Part shown: one piece after another, positions 27,926-35,169 of the stretch
Position numbering within the stretch: the stretch's first letter is position 1
Layout of the letters: each line of letters opens with the position of its first letter
Source of the DNA: a virus
Virus record (IMG/VR): IMGVR_UViG_3300026851_000001
Length of the DNA stretch: 64,000 nt
Reading direction: 5' to 3' (one strand)
Notes under the pieces: generated by a model
Databases searched by the model: none
Seen by the model: only the letters and a program-made list of their open reading frames with translations
Told to the model about the DNA's origin: nothing
Translations under genes and position numbers: made by a program

Positions 27926-27928
27926 GAT

Positions 27929-28045
27929 CTACCCCGCAATCCGATCAACAGCGCTCAATGCGCCGATGAGTACAGTGAAGAAACAGATACCGGAGAATGC
28001 GCCGCGATAGATTGCGCAGCGTAGGGCGCGTTGGCGGCGGGTCAT
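27929..28045 (-). CDS. Small membrane protein, 38 aa (MTRRQRALRCAIYRG...)
   Basis: ATGA coupling; basic N-terminus plus TM. Confidence 0.5.
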   Translation of the reverse strand: MTRRQRALRCAIYRGAFSGICFFTVLIGALSAVDRIAG

Positions 28046-28371
28046 GGCATGGACTCCCCGATAGCCGCTGCGTCGCGAACAATGGCGCGGCGCGTTGCTG
28101 CCATCATGTCGTCGCCGTGACGTTCGACAGTTGTCACTCGATTGTCGTTAACCCACGAGCTGACATAGGTAGACTTGGCTTGGCCGTGCAATATTCCTAC
28201 CTTCAATCCAAGTACTGCCGCCAGCCGCAGCGCGTCACCATCATCAGCGAGAGGATTCCAAACGCGCTGGCCCACTCCACGCTCCGAGCGCAGCGCATTG
28301 CCGCTAGGGCTCCATTTGATGGCGTAGCCAGCCGCCTTAGCCGCCAGCTCCAGCAATTCACGGTCGTTCAT
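28042..28371 (-). CDS. Hypothetical protein
   Basis: MNDRELLELAAKAAG...WNPLADDGDALRLA. Confidence 0.7.
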   Translation of the reverse strand: MNDRELLELAAKAAGYAIKWSPSGNALRSERGVGQRVWNPLADDGDALRLAAVLGLKVGILHGQAKSTYVSSWVNDNRVTTVERHGDDMMAATRRAIVRDAAAIGESMP

Positions 28372-28490
28372 CAGCTCACCACCTCGGCCACAGCCGACGC
28401 AAATACATAGATAGACCCAAGGAAGCAGGCCACAAAAAAGCCCGCTTTGATCATCTCGGCGGGCTTCGGTAAGCGGGGGGTTATGGTCAT
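28371..28490 (-). CDS. Small membrane protein, 39 aa
   Basis: Fills the gap between coupled genes; one TM. Confidence 0.45.
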   Translation of the reverse strand: MTITPRLPKPAEMIKAGFFVACFLGSIYVFASAVAEVVS

Positions 28491-28879
28491 GGCTTGCGCT
28501 CCATGGCGGCACGAATATCTTCCAGCGTCCATGGGCCAAGTTTATCGGCATCGAATGCATGTCCTGCCGCCCATCGATCTAGACAAGCATTAGCCTGCGA
28601 GCAGAGATTATGCAGAGCCTCAACCGACAGTAGCGCCTCCCGCGTCAAGTCGCTGCCAGCAGGCAGGCCCAGCGCGTGGCCGATCTGGTGAAGGGCTTCG
28701 CCCTGGGCGCACAGCTGGTCGCGCTCGGTTTCAGCAGCGCGCAGGCGGGCGATAAGGCCACGCAGTTCTCCCATGGTCTGCGGTGAGTTGGCGTCATCCT
28801 TGAACATCGGCATGCGGAAGAACTCTTCCAGCTCCGCCAACTGCTCATCACTGATGCTGGGTACGATTGGGGTGGTCAT
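28487..28879 (-). CDS. Ead/Ea22-like protein
   Basis: ISDEQLAELE...LIARLRAAE. Confidence 0.65.
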   Translation of the reverse strand: MTTPIVPSISDEQLAELEEFFRMPMFKDDANSPQTMGELRGLIARLRAAETERDQLCAQGEALHQIGHALGLPAGSDLTREALLSVEALHNLCSQANACLDRWAAGHAFDADKLGPWTLEDIRAAMERKP

Positions 28880-28888
28880 GGCGTCACC

Positions 28889-29095
28889 TCACATACGATG
28901 CCAGGTTTGATAATCAGCCTCTGTCATTCGTCCAGAGTCTTGCATGCTAGATTCGTATTGCATCAGCTCATCTTTGTGCGCCGCGCATGCGTGCTTTGTG
29001 ATTACCGTATGCTGGCTTTGCCATTCAGCCTTTACTGTTCTTTCCGGGCAGAATTTGCACCACGGCTGGTGGTGTTTTTTGTTTATGCGCTTCAT
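28889..29095 (-). CDS. Hypothetical protein
   Basis: WCKFC...HAC; coupled. Confidence 0.55.
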   Translation of the reverse strand: MKRINKKHHQPWCKFCPERTVKAEWQSQHTVITKHACAAHKDELMQYESSMQDSGRMTEADYQTWHRM

Positions 29096-29319
29096 CCCGC
29101 CATCCTCCCAATCCGCTGCGCATCCAGTTGGCGCTGGCGTTGTTTATTTGCGCAGTGTCGAGCCAGGCTGACCAACGAATCACGCACACCTTCGCAATAC
29201 TGCCGCTGTCGGTGACCATCGTTGATGTAGCTGATCACTGCGCCTAGTTCGATCATCGGCGCGGGGCTAAATCGTAGCTGGCGTATCGCCTCGCGCGCCT
29301 GGCGTTCGTGGGCGGTCAT
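29092..29319 (-). CDS. Hypothetical protein
   Basis: Coupled in operon. Confidence 0.55.
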   Translation of the reverse strand: MTAHERQAREAIRQLRFSPAPMIELGAVISYINDGHRQRQYCEGVRDSLVSLARHCANKQRQRQLDAQRIGRMAG

Positions 29320-29567
29320 TTATCTCTGGCCTCAAGCATGGCGTCGGCCATTTGGTAAGATGTTTTTGCCAGCCCATCTAGCGAATCCCAATAAGATGGA
29401 TGCATACCAGAAAATCCCAGGCCGTTCCCTGCGATAATTCCCTGCATTGCCTTCGCTGCGAAGTAGTCGCGCAGGGTCATTCCATCAAACTCTGCGTGAT
29501 GCTTGTACATCTCGCCGGGCTGAAGAGTTACCGGAAACGCCGGCCCGCCAGTTTTCTTGTCAGTCAT
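29316..29567 (-). CDS. Conserved phage protein (GGPAFP...GMTLRDYFAAKAMQ family)
   Basis: Characteristic motif. Confidence 0.8.
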   Translation of the reverse strand: MTDKKTGGPAFPVTLQPGEMYKHHAEFDGMTLRDYFAAKAMQGIIAGNGLGFSGMHPSYWDSLDGLAKTSYQMADAMLEARDK

Positions 29568-29908
29568 GCTTGGCTCCTTGCCTTGGCGATGGCTGCGCGG
29601 GCTTTCTTCATGCAGGCTCCATCGTGGAACTCGCCAGCATCAGACTTTTCTACCATCCATTCCAGCGCCTCCAGCAGCTCGGCATTGAGGGCCTTCATGC
29701 TTATCATCTGATACCCGACGGCACTAACCAGTCCTGTTTGCTCAAGGTCTTCGGTTGACAGCCCTTGACACGCATTAACGCAAGCAGCAATGCGTCTGGC
29801 GTTAGCTTCAGGATTCGGGCAGCCACTAAGATCAAATCCCCCGAGTACTCTTGGAAAATAGACAGCCGATCCGCGCGCAGCCCATCCTTCTTTCGTGTGC
29901 TCACTCAT
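29564..29908 (-). CDS. Hypothetical protein
   Basis: ANARRIAACVNACQG motif. Confidence 0.7.
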   Translation of the reverse strand: MSEHTKEGWAARGSAVYFPRVLGGFDLSGCPNPEANARRIAACVNACQGLSTEDLEQTGLVSAVGYQMISMKALNAELLEALEWMVEKSDAGEFHDGACMKKARAAIAKARSQA

Positions 29909-30287
29909 AGTCATCCTCTCCCCGCGATTCCGCATACGCCTGAGCCAGCGGCCTAACCAGGCCCTCAGCCATCTTGCGAGCGTCGTCTTTACTGACCAGC
30001 AGCCGAAGGGCGCCGGATGCTTTGTCGATATCGCCGGCCAGTACGTTGCGCAGAACTTGGCCAAGCGCGCCGTCGTAGTCGTGGCCGTCGTTGTATTTGG
30101 CTGCTACGTGCTCGGCCATGGCGTCTTCAAGCTGCTTGACCTGTTCCTCAACGCGCTTGCCTGCGACATACAGCGTGTCTTCGATCAGGTCATCTACTGC
30201 GCCGGCAAGCCAGTTTTTGCCCTCGGCGGTATCAAGGAACTGGTCAGGCTGGAGGTGGAACATGGGTTGGCGTAGGGCTGCGCTCAT
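29901..30287 (-). CDS. Hypothetical protein
   Basis: 128 aa; coupled. Confidence 0.65.
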   Translation of the reverse strand: MSAALRQPMFHLQPDQFLDTAEGKNWLAGAVDDLIEDTLYVAGKRVEEQVKQLEDAMAEHVAAKYNDGHDYDGALGQVLRNVLAGDIDKASGALRLLVSKDDARKMAEGLVRPLAQAYAESRGEDDYE

Positions 30288-30571
30288 GAGGCACCTCGGG
30301 CTTTGGCGATGGCGGCGCGGGCGCCTTCCAAGTAGTGACGCGCAGGCTTGTTTTCTTTTGCGGTGAGCACGATCAATTCCAGCATTTCAAGAAGATCGGG
30401 CGCGGCCGCAATAAGAGCCATGTTTGCTGCGTCTTTCTCGTCGCAGTAGCGAGCTGGCCACATACCTTCAAATTGCGCGTAATCCAAAACAGCGCCTGTT
30501 GCCGAGTTCAGGCATGAGCGCCCAGGCTCTCCAAGCCAGACCCATGGGCCTGGCGTATGTTTTTCGGACAT
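30284..30571 (-). CDS. Conserved phage protein (HTPGPW...ANMALIAAAPDLLE)
   Basis: Characteristic motif. Confidence 0.75.
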   Translation of the reverse strand: MSEKHTPGPWVWLGEPGRSCLNSATGAVLDYAQFEGMWPARYCDEKDAANMALIAAAPDLLEMLELIVLTAKENKPARHYLEGARAAIAKARGAS

Positions 30572-30607
30572 GATCAATCCTCGCTATGTGTGCGTGGAGA
30601 GGGGGAA

Positions 30608-30683
30608 TGGGGCAACGAACGGGACTCGAACCCGTGACCTATCGGTTATGAGCCGACTGCTCTACCTGCTGAGCTACCGTTGC
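30608..30683 (-). tRNA. tRNA with CAT anticodon (Met or Ile2), 76 nt
   Basis: GCAACGG/TCGTTGC acceptor, GCTC/GAGC D-stem, CTCATAA loop, TTCGAGT T-loop, encoded CCA. Confidence 0.85.
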
Positions 30684-30742
30684 AAAAAGGCCGCGGGGAG
30701 CGGCAATAGGGTGGTGCGGTAGAGGGTATTGGTGGTGCGACC

Positions 30743-30815
30743 TGGGAGCCTGGCGGGACTCGAACCCGCTATTCCTCCCTCTCGGGTAGACGCTCATCCA
30801 TTGGCGTTCAGGCTT
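30743..30815 (-). ncRNA. Degenerate tRNA-like element
   Basis: Perfect T-arm GCGGG-TTCGAGT-CCCGC and AGCCTG/CAGGCT acceptor, but the anticodon arm is broken. Confidence 0.55.
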
Positions 30816-30855
30816 TTCACTGCGTCCAGTGCAGGACGCACCCCAATACCCTCTT

Positions 30856-30991
30856 CAGATGACATCGGTTGATGGATGGCCGGTGCTAAGTCTCTTGGCT
30901 AGGCCATGGGTCAGGCGGCAGACATGCTGCGCACTCGCTACCCTTTGCGATGGATTGCTCCACGGTCAGCATCCATCACCGATGCCATCTG
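30856..30991 (-). ncRNA. Candidate multi-branch structured RNA
   Basis: About 22-bp closing stem with one G-U and one bulge; internal TGGA-GCAA-TCCA hairpin. Confidence 0.45.
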
Positions 30992-31013
30992 CCCTGCTAG
31001 GCAGGGCGGCGGG

Positions 31014-31397
31014 TTATGTGCCGTAGTCGATTGCAACAATTTTTTCGCTGTACCAGCCGAACGAATTTGCTTTGTGCTCTGCGGGGATCGAGTAATCAGG
31101 GCGTTCGCAAAAGGCCTCGACGTCAAACGCAAGAAACTCGTCGTCTGTAAGTACTCTTGCCCGTCGCATAACAACCATCCAGCCGCCAGGAATCGACCAA
31201 ACAACAGGGCAAAGCCCAGGGAGATTCGCGGCTGAAAGACTCGCCTCCTGCATGTTGGCGAGAAGACCGCACAGGAATAGCTTCCAACTCCAAAGCGCCG
31301 GAACCTTTATGGCGAATCTGCCAGCGAGGATTACATGTCTTGTCGCGCCTTCATTGTTGATGCTTATCCTGCGCAATGCGGCTGCAGCCGTGCTCAT
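31014..31397 (-). CDS. Minimal protein-kinase-like fold protein (putative)
   Basis: GATRHV..FAIKVP, VVMRRA, EHKANSFG and IVAIDYG in kinase motif order. Confidence 0.6.
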   Translation of the reverse strand: MSTAAAALRRISINNEGATRHVILAGRFAIKVPALWSWKLFLCGLLANMQEASLSAANLPGLCPVVWSIPGGWMVVMRRARVLTDDEFLAFDVEAFCERPDYSIPAEHKANSFGWYSEKIVAIDYGT

Positions 31398-31454
31398 CTC
31401 TATCTCCTATTGCCCTACGGCGTTAGATGGTTGTTTCCATTTTGGAAATAACCA

Positions 31455-31694
31455 CTAACGCCTTGGATTTATTACTGCTGCAGGGTGAGCCATAAGGCGA
31501 TCCAGCGTTACGCCGTTCAGCAACCTATCGAGCCCAGCTAGCCTCCCCTGCAATGTTGATTTGTGGTCAATTTTCAGCATTGAAGGGCCAGCATCTATGC
31601 GAGCCGAGTAGTCGCCATCCACAAAAAATAGAGCGCAATACTCGGTAGATTTTGTTAGCCCCTTGTAAATTTCGATTCGCGTAATTTGCGGCAT
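31455..31694 (-). CDS. Hypothetical protein, AT-richer, flanked by a 14-bp direct repeat
   Basis: SD AGGAGG; 79 aa. Confidence 0.6.
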   Translation of the reverse strand: MPQITRIEIYKGLTKSTEYCALFFVDGDYSARIDAGPSMLKIDHKSTLQGRLAGLDRLLNGVTLDRLMAHPAAVINPRR

Positions 31695-31761
31695 CCCTAC
31701 CTCCTATTGCCCTAAGTCGTTAATCACCGATGCGAACCCTAAGCGCGCATGGGTGAAAGTG

Positions 31762-32304
31762 TCAGTAAGGTTTCTCAACCTTGCCCTGGTCTTGCAGGCT
31801 TTTGACGTTGAACAAGCCAGCTAGCATCTGATCCATCTGCTGCGCCAGCTGATTGCGCAGTCCATCTTTCAGGGCGCCGGTAACGTTCGCGGTGTGTTGC
31901 AGCATCTGTTTGCTAAAGTCTTCTGCGCAGATTTTTGTCATCAGCCACTGCGCACGGGTTACGGCGTTGTAATCGCTCGTCGCTTTTTCGCCGTTGGAAG
32001 GGTTTACCTTCGCTGTCCAGTAGGCGGATACGGTTTTTTCCAGCTCTTTACGAAGGGTGGTAGACGGCCCTTCTTGATCGCCCCACTGATTCACTCGGCG
32101 ATATTCGCGCTCGAACGATCCGTTAATGGTCTCGTCGATGGCTTTCTGAATCTGGCTGGTGACGCGCTCGTCAAAGATCTTGTCAATGCGCTTCTTTACC
32201 TCGCTGTTAACCAGGCTCGACAGGTCGGCGTCTTCGCTCAGCAACTGGTCTGCAACCTGGGCTACGATTGCGGTTTTCAGCGATTCTTCATTGATGTTCA
32301 GCAT
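31762..32304 (-). CDS. Hypothetical helical protein, first gene of the pL operon
   Basis: 180 aa; AGGA SD. Confidence 0.75.
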   Translation of the reverse strand: MLNINEESLKTAIVAQVADQLLSEDADLSSLVNSEVKKRIDKIFDERVTSQIQKAIDETINGSFEREYRRVNQWGDQEGPSTTLRKELEKTVSAYWTAKVNPSNGEKATSDYNAVTRAQWLMTKICAEDFSKQMLQHTANVTGALKDGLRNQLAQQMDQMLAGLFNVKSLQDQGKVEKPY

Positions 32305-32626
32305 TTCCTAACACTCCTGGGTTTGTTTGACTTCCCTGATGCCACTCTTGCGAATGGCATCGAGGAAATCTGTCTTGCTCGCCCCGCGCAGCTACTGGCT
32401 TCTTGCGGGGCTCTATCGATGTCTCACAGTCCACGGCTCTGCCCGACTGCACTCTTGTTCATCCAGGCTCTACGCTGCGCCTGGCCGGGCGAGGCAGGAT
32501 CTCTGATCCATTTTCCCGGTGGGTCGATTTGGGCTCGACCTCGCTAAACCCCTTCTTGCTCTGGCCGGTATCGATCCGGCAGTTCGAGCTGGCTTTCGCC
32601 GGGCCAGTTGTGGCTGGCTTGGGTTC

Positions 32627-32668
32627 AATATAGGCATGCCTGTTTTTATCGTCAACAGGAAATCCTAT
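32627..32668 (-). promoter_or_regulatory. pL promoter with OL operators
   Basis: TTGACG-17-TATATT (32655 to 32627); ATAGGCATGCCTGT at 32630 and ACAGGAAATCCTAT at 32655. Confidence 0.75.
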
Positions 32669-32717
32669 ATTTCGATTTGTGCAAATTAATTTGGTGTGCA
32701 AATTTTCAGTCGAGCAC

Positions 32718-32741
32718 AAGAAAGCCCGCGCTAGGCGGGCT
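32718..32741 (-). terminator. Terminator of the cI operon
   Basis: GCCCGC-CTAGC-GCGGGC-TTTCTT. Confidence 0.7.
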
Positions 32742-32762
32742 CTGTTTGCGTAATGGGTGAGG

Positions 32763-33350
32763 CTATTGGCTCATGATCTGCCGGTAGCGTCGCTGGTACT
32801 CTTCGTAGGAAAGGCCGGCTTCGGATTGAAGCTGCTTGATCTGATGCGCGCGCCACTGCTCGCGCGTCATCTCTCTATTGGCGACGGGTTGATGAACTGG
32901 CTCTGATTCAGACGTTTGCTTGGTGTAACGGAAAGGTGGTCGACCTGTGGCGCTTATACCAGGATCGCCGCTTGCGTTGCGAAAACCGCGAAACTGGTAA
33001 GCCATGCCAGGCTCTAGAGTCACCGACAGTTCCTGCAGGCTTCCCGAGCAAATAGACCCCATCTGAACGCCAATGATTGCGGGACCAGGACGCACATAGA
33101 AGGTGGCCGTTTCTGATATTCCAACAGAAGCAGCCTTTGTGCCGTTGATCATGAATCCGAAGTCACAAGCAGCCCCGGAGAAACCAGCGTCACGCGTAAA
33201 AGTCACCCTGGCGTCATCTGAACTACTTTGTTTCTGAAATGCATAGACTGATGATGCTGGGACTGCATTCGCTTGCTCAGGCGTGATAGCAGATGTAGAG
33301 CAGGCAGAAAGCATTGCGGCAGATAGTAGGGCCAACGAAATCTTGGTCAT
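32763..33350 (-). CDS. Lipoprotein moron in the cI operon
   Basis: MTKISLALLSAAMLSAC lipobox. Confidence 0.8.
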   Translation of the reverse strand: MTKISLALLSAAMLSACSTSAITPEQANAVPASSVYAFQKQSSSDDARVTFTRDAGFSGAACDFGFMINGTKAASVGISETATFYVRPGPAIIGVQMGSICSGSLQELSVTLEPGMAYQFRGFRNASGDPGISATGRPPFRYTKQTSESEPVHQPVANREMTREQWRAHQIKQLQSEAGLSYEEYQRRYRQIMSQ

Positions 33351-33358
33351 TTTCTTGC

Positions 33359-33859
33359 TCACTTTGTCGCGCACTCCTGATTCCAGGTGCTTTCGAAGTC
33401 GGCTGTTTCGCCTTCTAGCCAAGTCAGGTCGGCGCTGAGCGAGATGAACGCCTTTTCACCGGTATAGCCGCCAAACGAGTTTTTGGCATTCACGTACCCG
33501 CACACCATTCCAGAGTCTTTGGCGACGACCTGGCCGAACCTTGCCGATTCTGGATCTTTGAGCTTGGCCTTTACGAAGTCTTTTGCGCGAGCGACTGCGA
33601 TGACTTTCCGTTGTTCGGCTTCCCTGGCTTTTCTGGAAGCCTCTTCTGCAGCTCGCTTTTCGACCGCGACTTCAGGGCTTACTGGCTGCGTGCCAGTCCT
33701 GGGCGCAGTCATTGAGCCGATTACGCCTAGACCGATGATTATCAGGACACCCCAAGTAACGACGCTGGTTTTCTTTGGCGGTTTAGCTCCGCAGTTCGGG
33801 CACGCTTTGGCGGTCGCAGCAATCCTGCTCCCGCATTCCTTGCACTTAACCAGAGCCAT
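33359..33859 (-). CDS. Zinc-ribbon membrane protein moron in the cI operon
   Basis: CKECG...CPNCG, one TM, and a KDPESA...VCGYVNAKNSFGGYTG domain. Confidence 0.8.
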   Translation of the reverse strand: MALVKCKECGSRIAATAKACPNCGAKPPKKTSVVTWGVLIIIGLGVIGSMTAPRTGTQPVSPEVAVEKRAAEEASRKAREAEQRKVIAVARAKDFVKAKLKDPESARFGQVVAKDSGMVCGYVNAKNSFGGYTGEKAFISLSADLTWLEGETADFESTWNQECATK

Positions 33860-33874
33860 GGTCTCTCCCTCTTT

Positions 33875-34621
33875 TCAGAGGCCGCCTTTCCCGCTCTTGT
33901 CCCGCACGCGGCCGATTATGGTGATGTGTTCCTGAGCGACATCGGCGGCGATGTCTTCAATGGGGTAGGCCTGGTTATCGCTGACCAGGCGAAGGCTGCC
34001 GTCCAGCTTCTTGAACAGCCGCTTGATGCGTAGATCGTTGCCGTAGCGCAGAGCGTAGACCTTGCCGTCGATGATCTTGGCCGGCTCGTTTTCTTCCATG
34101 TTGACCAGCACAGAATCGCCGTCGAATAGCGTCGTCTCCATGCTGTCGCCCTTAACCCTGAAGCGCTTGCACTTCTCGGGCTTAATGCGCTCGGCACGGA
34201 ACCACGAAAGCTTGTAAATCGCCGGGTCCGATTCCTCAATGATCTCGTACAGCGCCTGGTGTCCATTTCCGGCTGAGAAGTTCACTTGATACTCGCTTAT
34301 GGCAACGGCATCTTCTGGCAGTTGGTCTTCTGGGTCGTAGGCCTGGACGTTTCCAGAGCCTGCCGGCTCGAAGCCCTTCATTTCTTTGTTATGAACGGCC
34401 AGCTCAAGGCGAACCGGAATCATGGGGCCGGTGCCGTTCTCCAGCCATATAGCGCTCACGCCGCAGTTCTTGGCGATGCTGGCGTTGTATGAGGAGGAGG
34501 CAGATTTTCCCCTCTCCAGATCGGAGATTGAGGTCTGAGTTATCCCCACGCGCTGAGCCAGCTCTAGCTGGGAAAGCTTGGCGTGCTTGCGTGCTTGCTT
34601 CAATCGGTCTTTGTATTCCAT
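33875..34621 (-). CDS. cI: CI-like repressor (HTH plus S24 peptidase)
   Basis: LSQLELAQRVGITQTSISDLERG HTH; VKGDSM and IKRL catalytic motifs. Confidence 0.95.
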   Translation of the reverse strand: MEYKDRLKQARKHAKLSQLELAQRVGITQTSISDLERGKSASSSYNASIAKNCGVSAIWLENGTGPMIPVRLELAVHNKEMKGFEPAGSGNVQAYDPEDQLPEDAVAISEYQVNFSAGNGHQALYEIIEESDPAIYKLSWFRAERIKPEKCKRFRVKGDSMETTLFDGDSVLVNMEENEPAKIIDGKVYALRYGNDLRIKRLFKKLDGSLRLVSDNQAYPIEDIAADVAQEHITIIGRVRDKSGKGGL

Positions 34622-34633
34622 CCCCCGATTCTC

Positions 34634-34695
34634 AAAGGTTTCCCTATGTGCTTGCAAACAGGATTCCCTATGTCTAAGATCATAGGAAATCCTAT
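34634..34695. promoter_or_regulatory. OR operators (three at 24-bp period) and pR
   Basis: AAAGGTTTCCCTAT at 34634, ACAGGATTCCCTAT at 34658, ATAGGAAATCCTAT at 34682; pR TTGCAA-17-TAAGAT. Confidence 0.8.
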
Positions 34696-34708
34696 GGAGG
34701 ATTGAGGA

Positions 34709-34912
34709 ATGACGACTTACGAGCGCCTTGTCGCGCACTTCAAAAGCCAAGAGAACACCGCCACGGCCCTTGGCGTTAAGCAGGGGACCGTCTCCGGCTG
34801 GATCACTGGCAAGCATGGCATGAGCGCCGTCACGGCACTTCGAGCCGAGCGCGTCACAGGCGGCGCCTTCAAGGCACATGAACTGTGCCCTGCGCTGCTT
34901 GCTGTCGCTTAG
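34709..34912 (+). CDS. cro: Cro-like repressor
   Basis: 67-aa HTH (QENTATALGVKQGTVSGW), divergent from cI. Confidence 0.9.
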   Translation: MTTYERLVAHFKSQENTATALGVKQGTVSGWITGKHGMSAVTALRAERVTGGAFKAHELCPALLAVA

Positions 34913-35108
34913 CAGCCAGCGACGTTACCACCTGATCAAACCCGTCCTGCCTAGCGCCACGCTGGCACGGGCGGACGAGTAAGCAGGCGGATTCCAGCTT
35001 AGCCCGGAACCGCAACTGAGATTGAAGAGGCTGCAGCTCCATGAGCGCAGCGATGTGGCAGCGAAGGGCAAGCAGTTCGCCCTGGAGAGTTTCGATGGTC
35101 GGTTGCAT
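34869..35108 (-). CDS. Counter-oriented hypothetical protein
   Basis: Amphipathic helices (LQGELLALRCHIAAL); overlaps the cro 3' end. Confidence 0.4.
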   Translation of the reverse strand: MQPTIETLQGELLALRCHIAALMELQPLQSQLRFRAKLESACLLVRPCQRGARQDGFDQVVTSLAAKRQQAAQGTVHVP

Positions 35109-35169
35109 GGGTTTTCACCTGTCGGCTGATCGGGTGATTACAGGTTATGGCCGGGGAGGCCAACGAGAA

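Noticed and set aside
30702-31711. c4-like antisense pairing between 30702-30710 and the duplicated RBS at 31406 and 31703
   Set aside because: Only 9 nt of complementarity; a match this long is expected by chance among ~1-kb comparisons.
27568-32479. Shared CGCAGCGTAG decamer in two intergenic regions (27568, 32470) as a nut-like site
   Set aside because: Different structural contexts, and a third copy occurs in the opposite orientation inside coding DNA.
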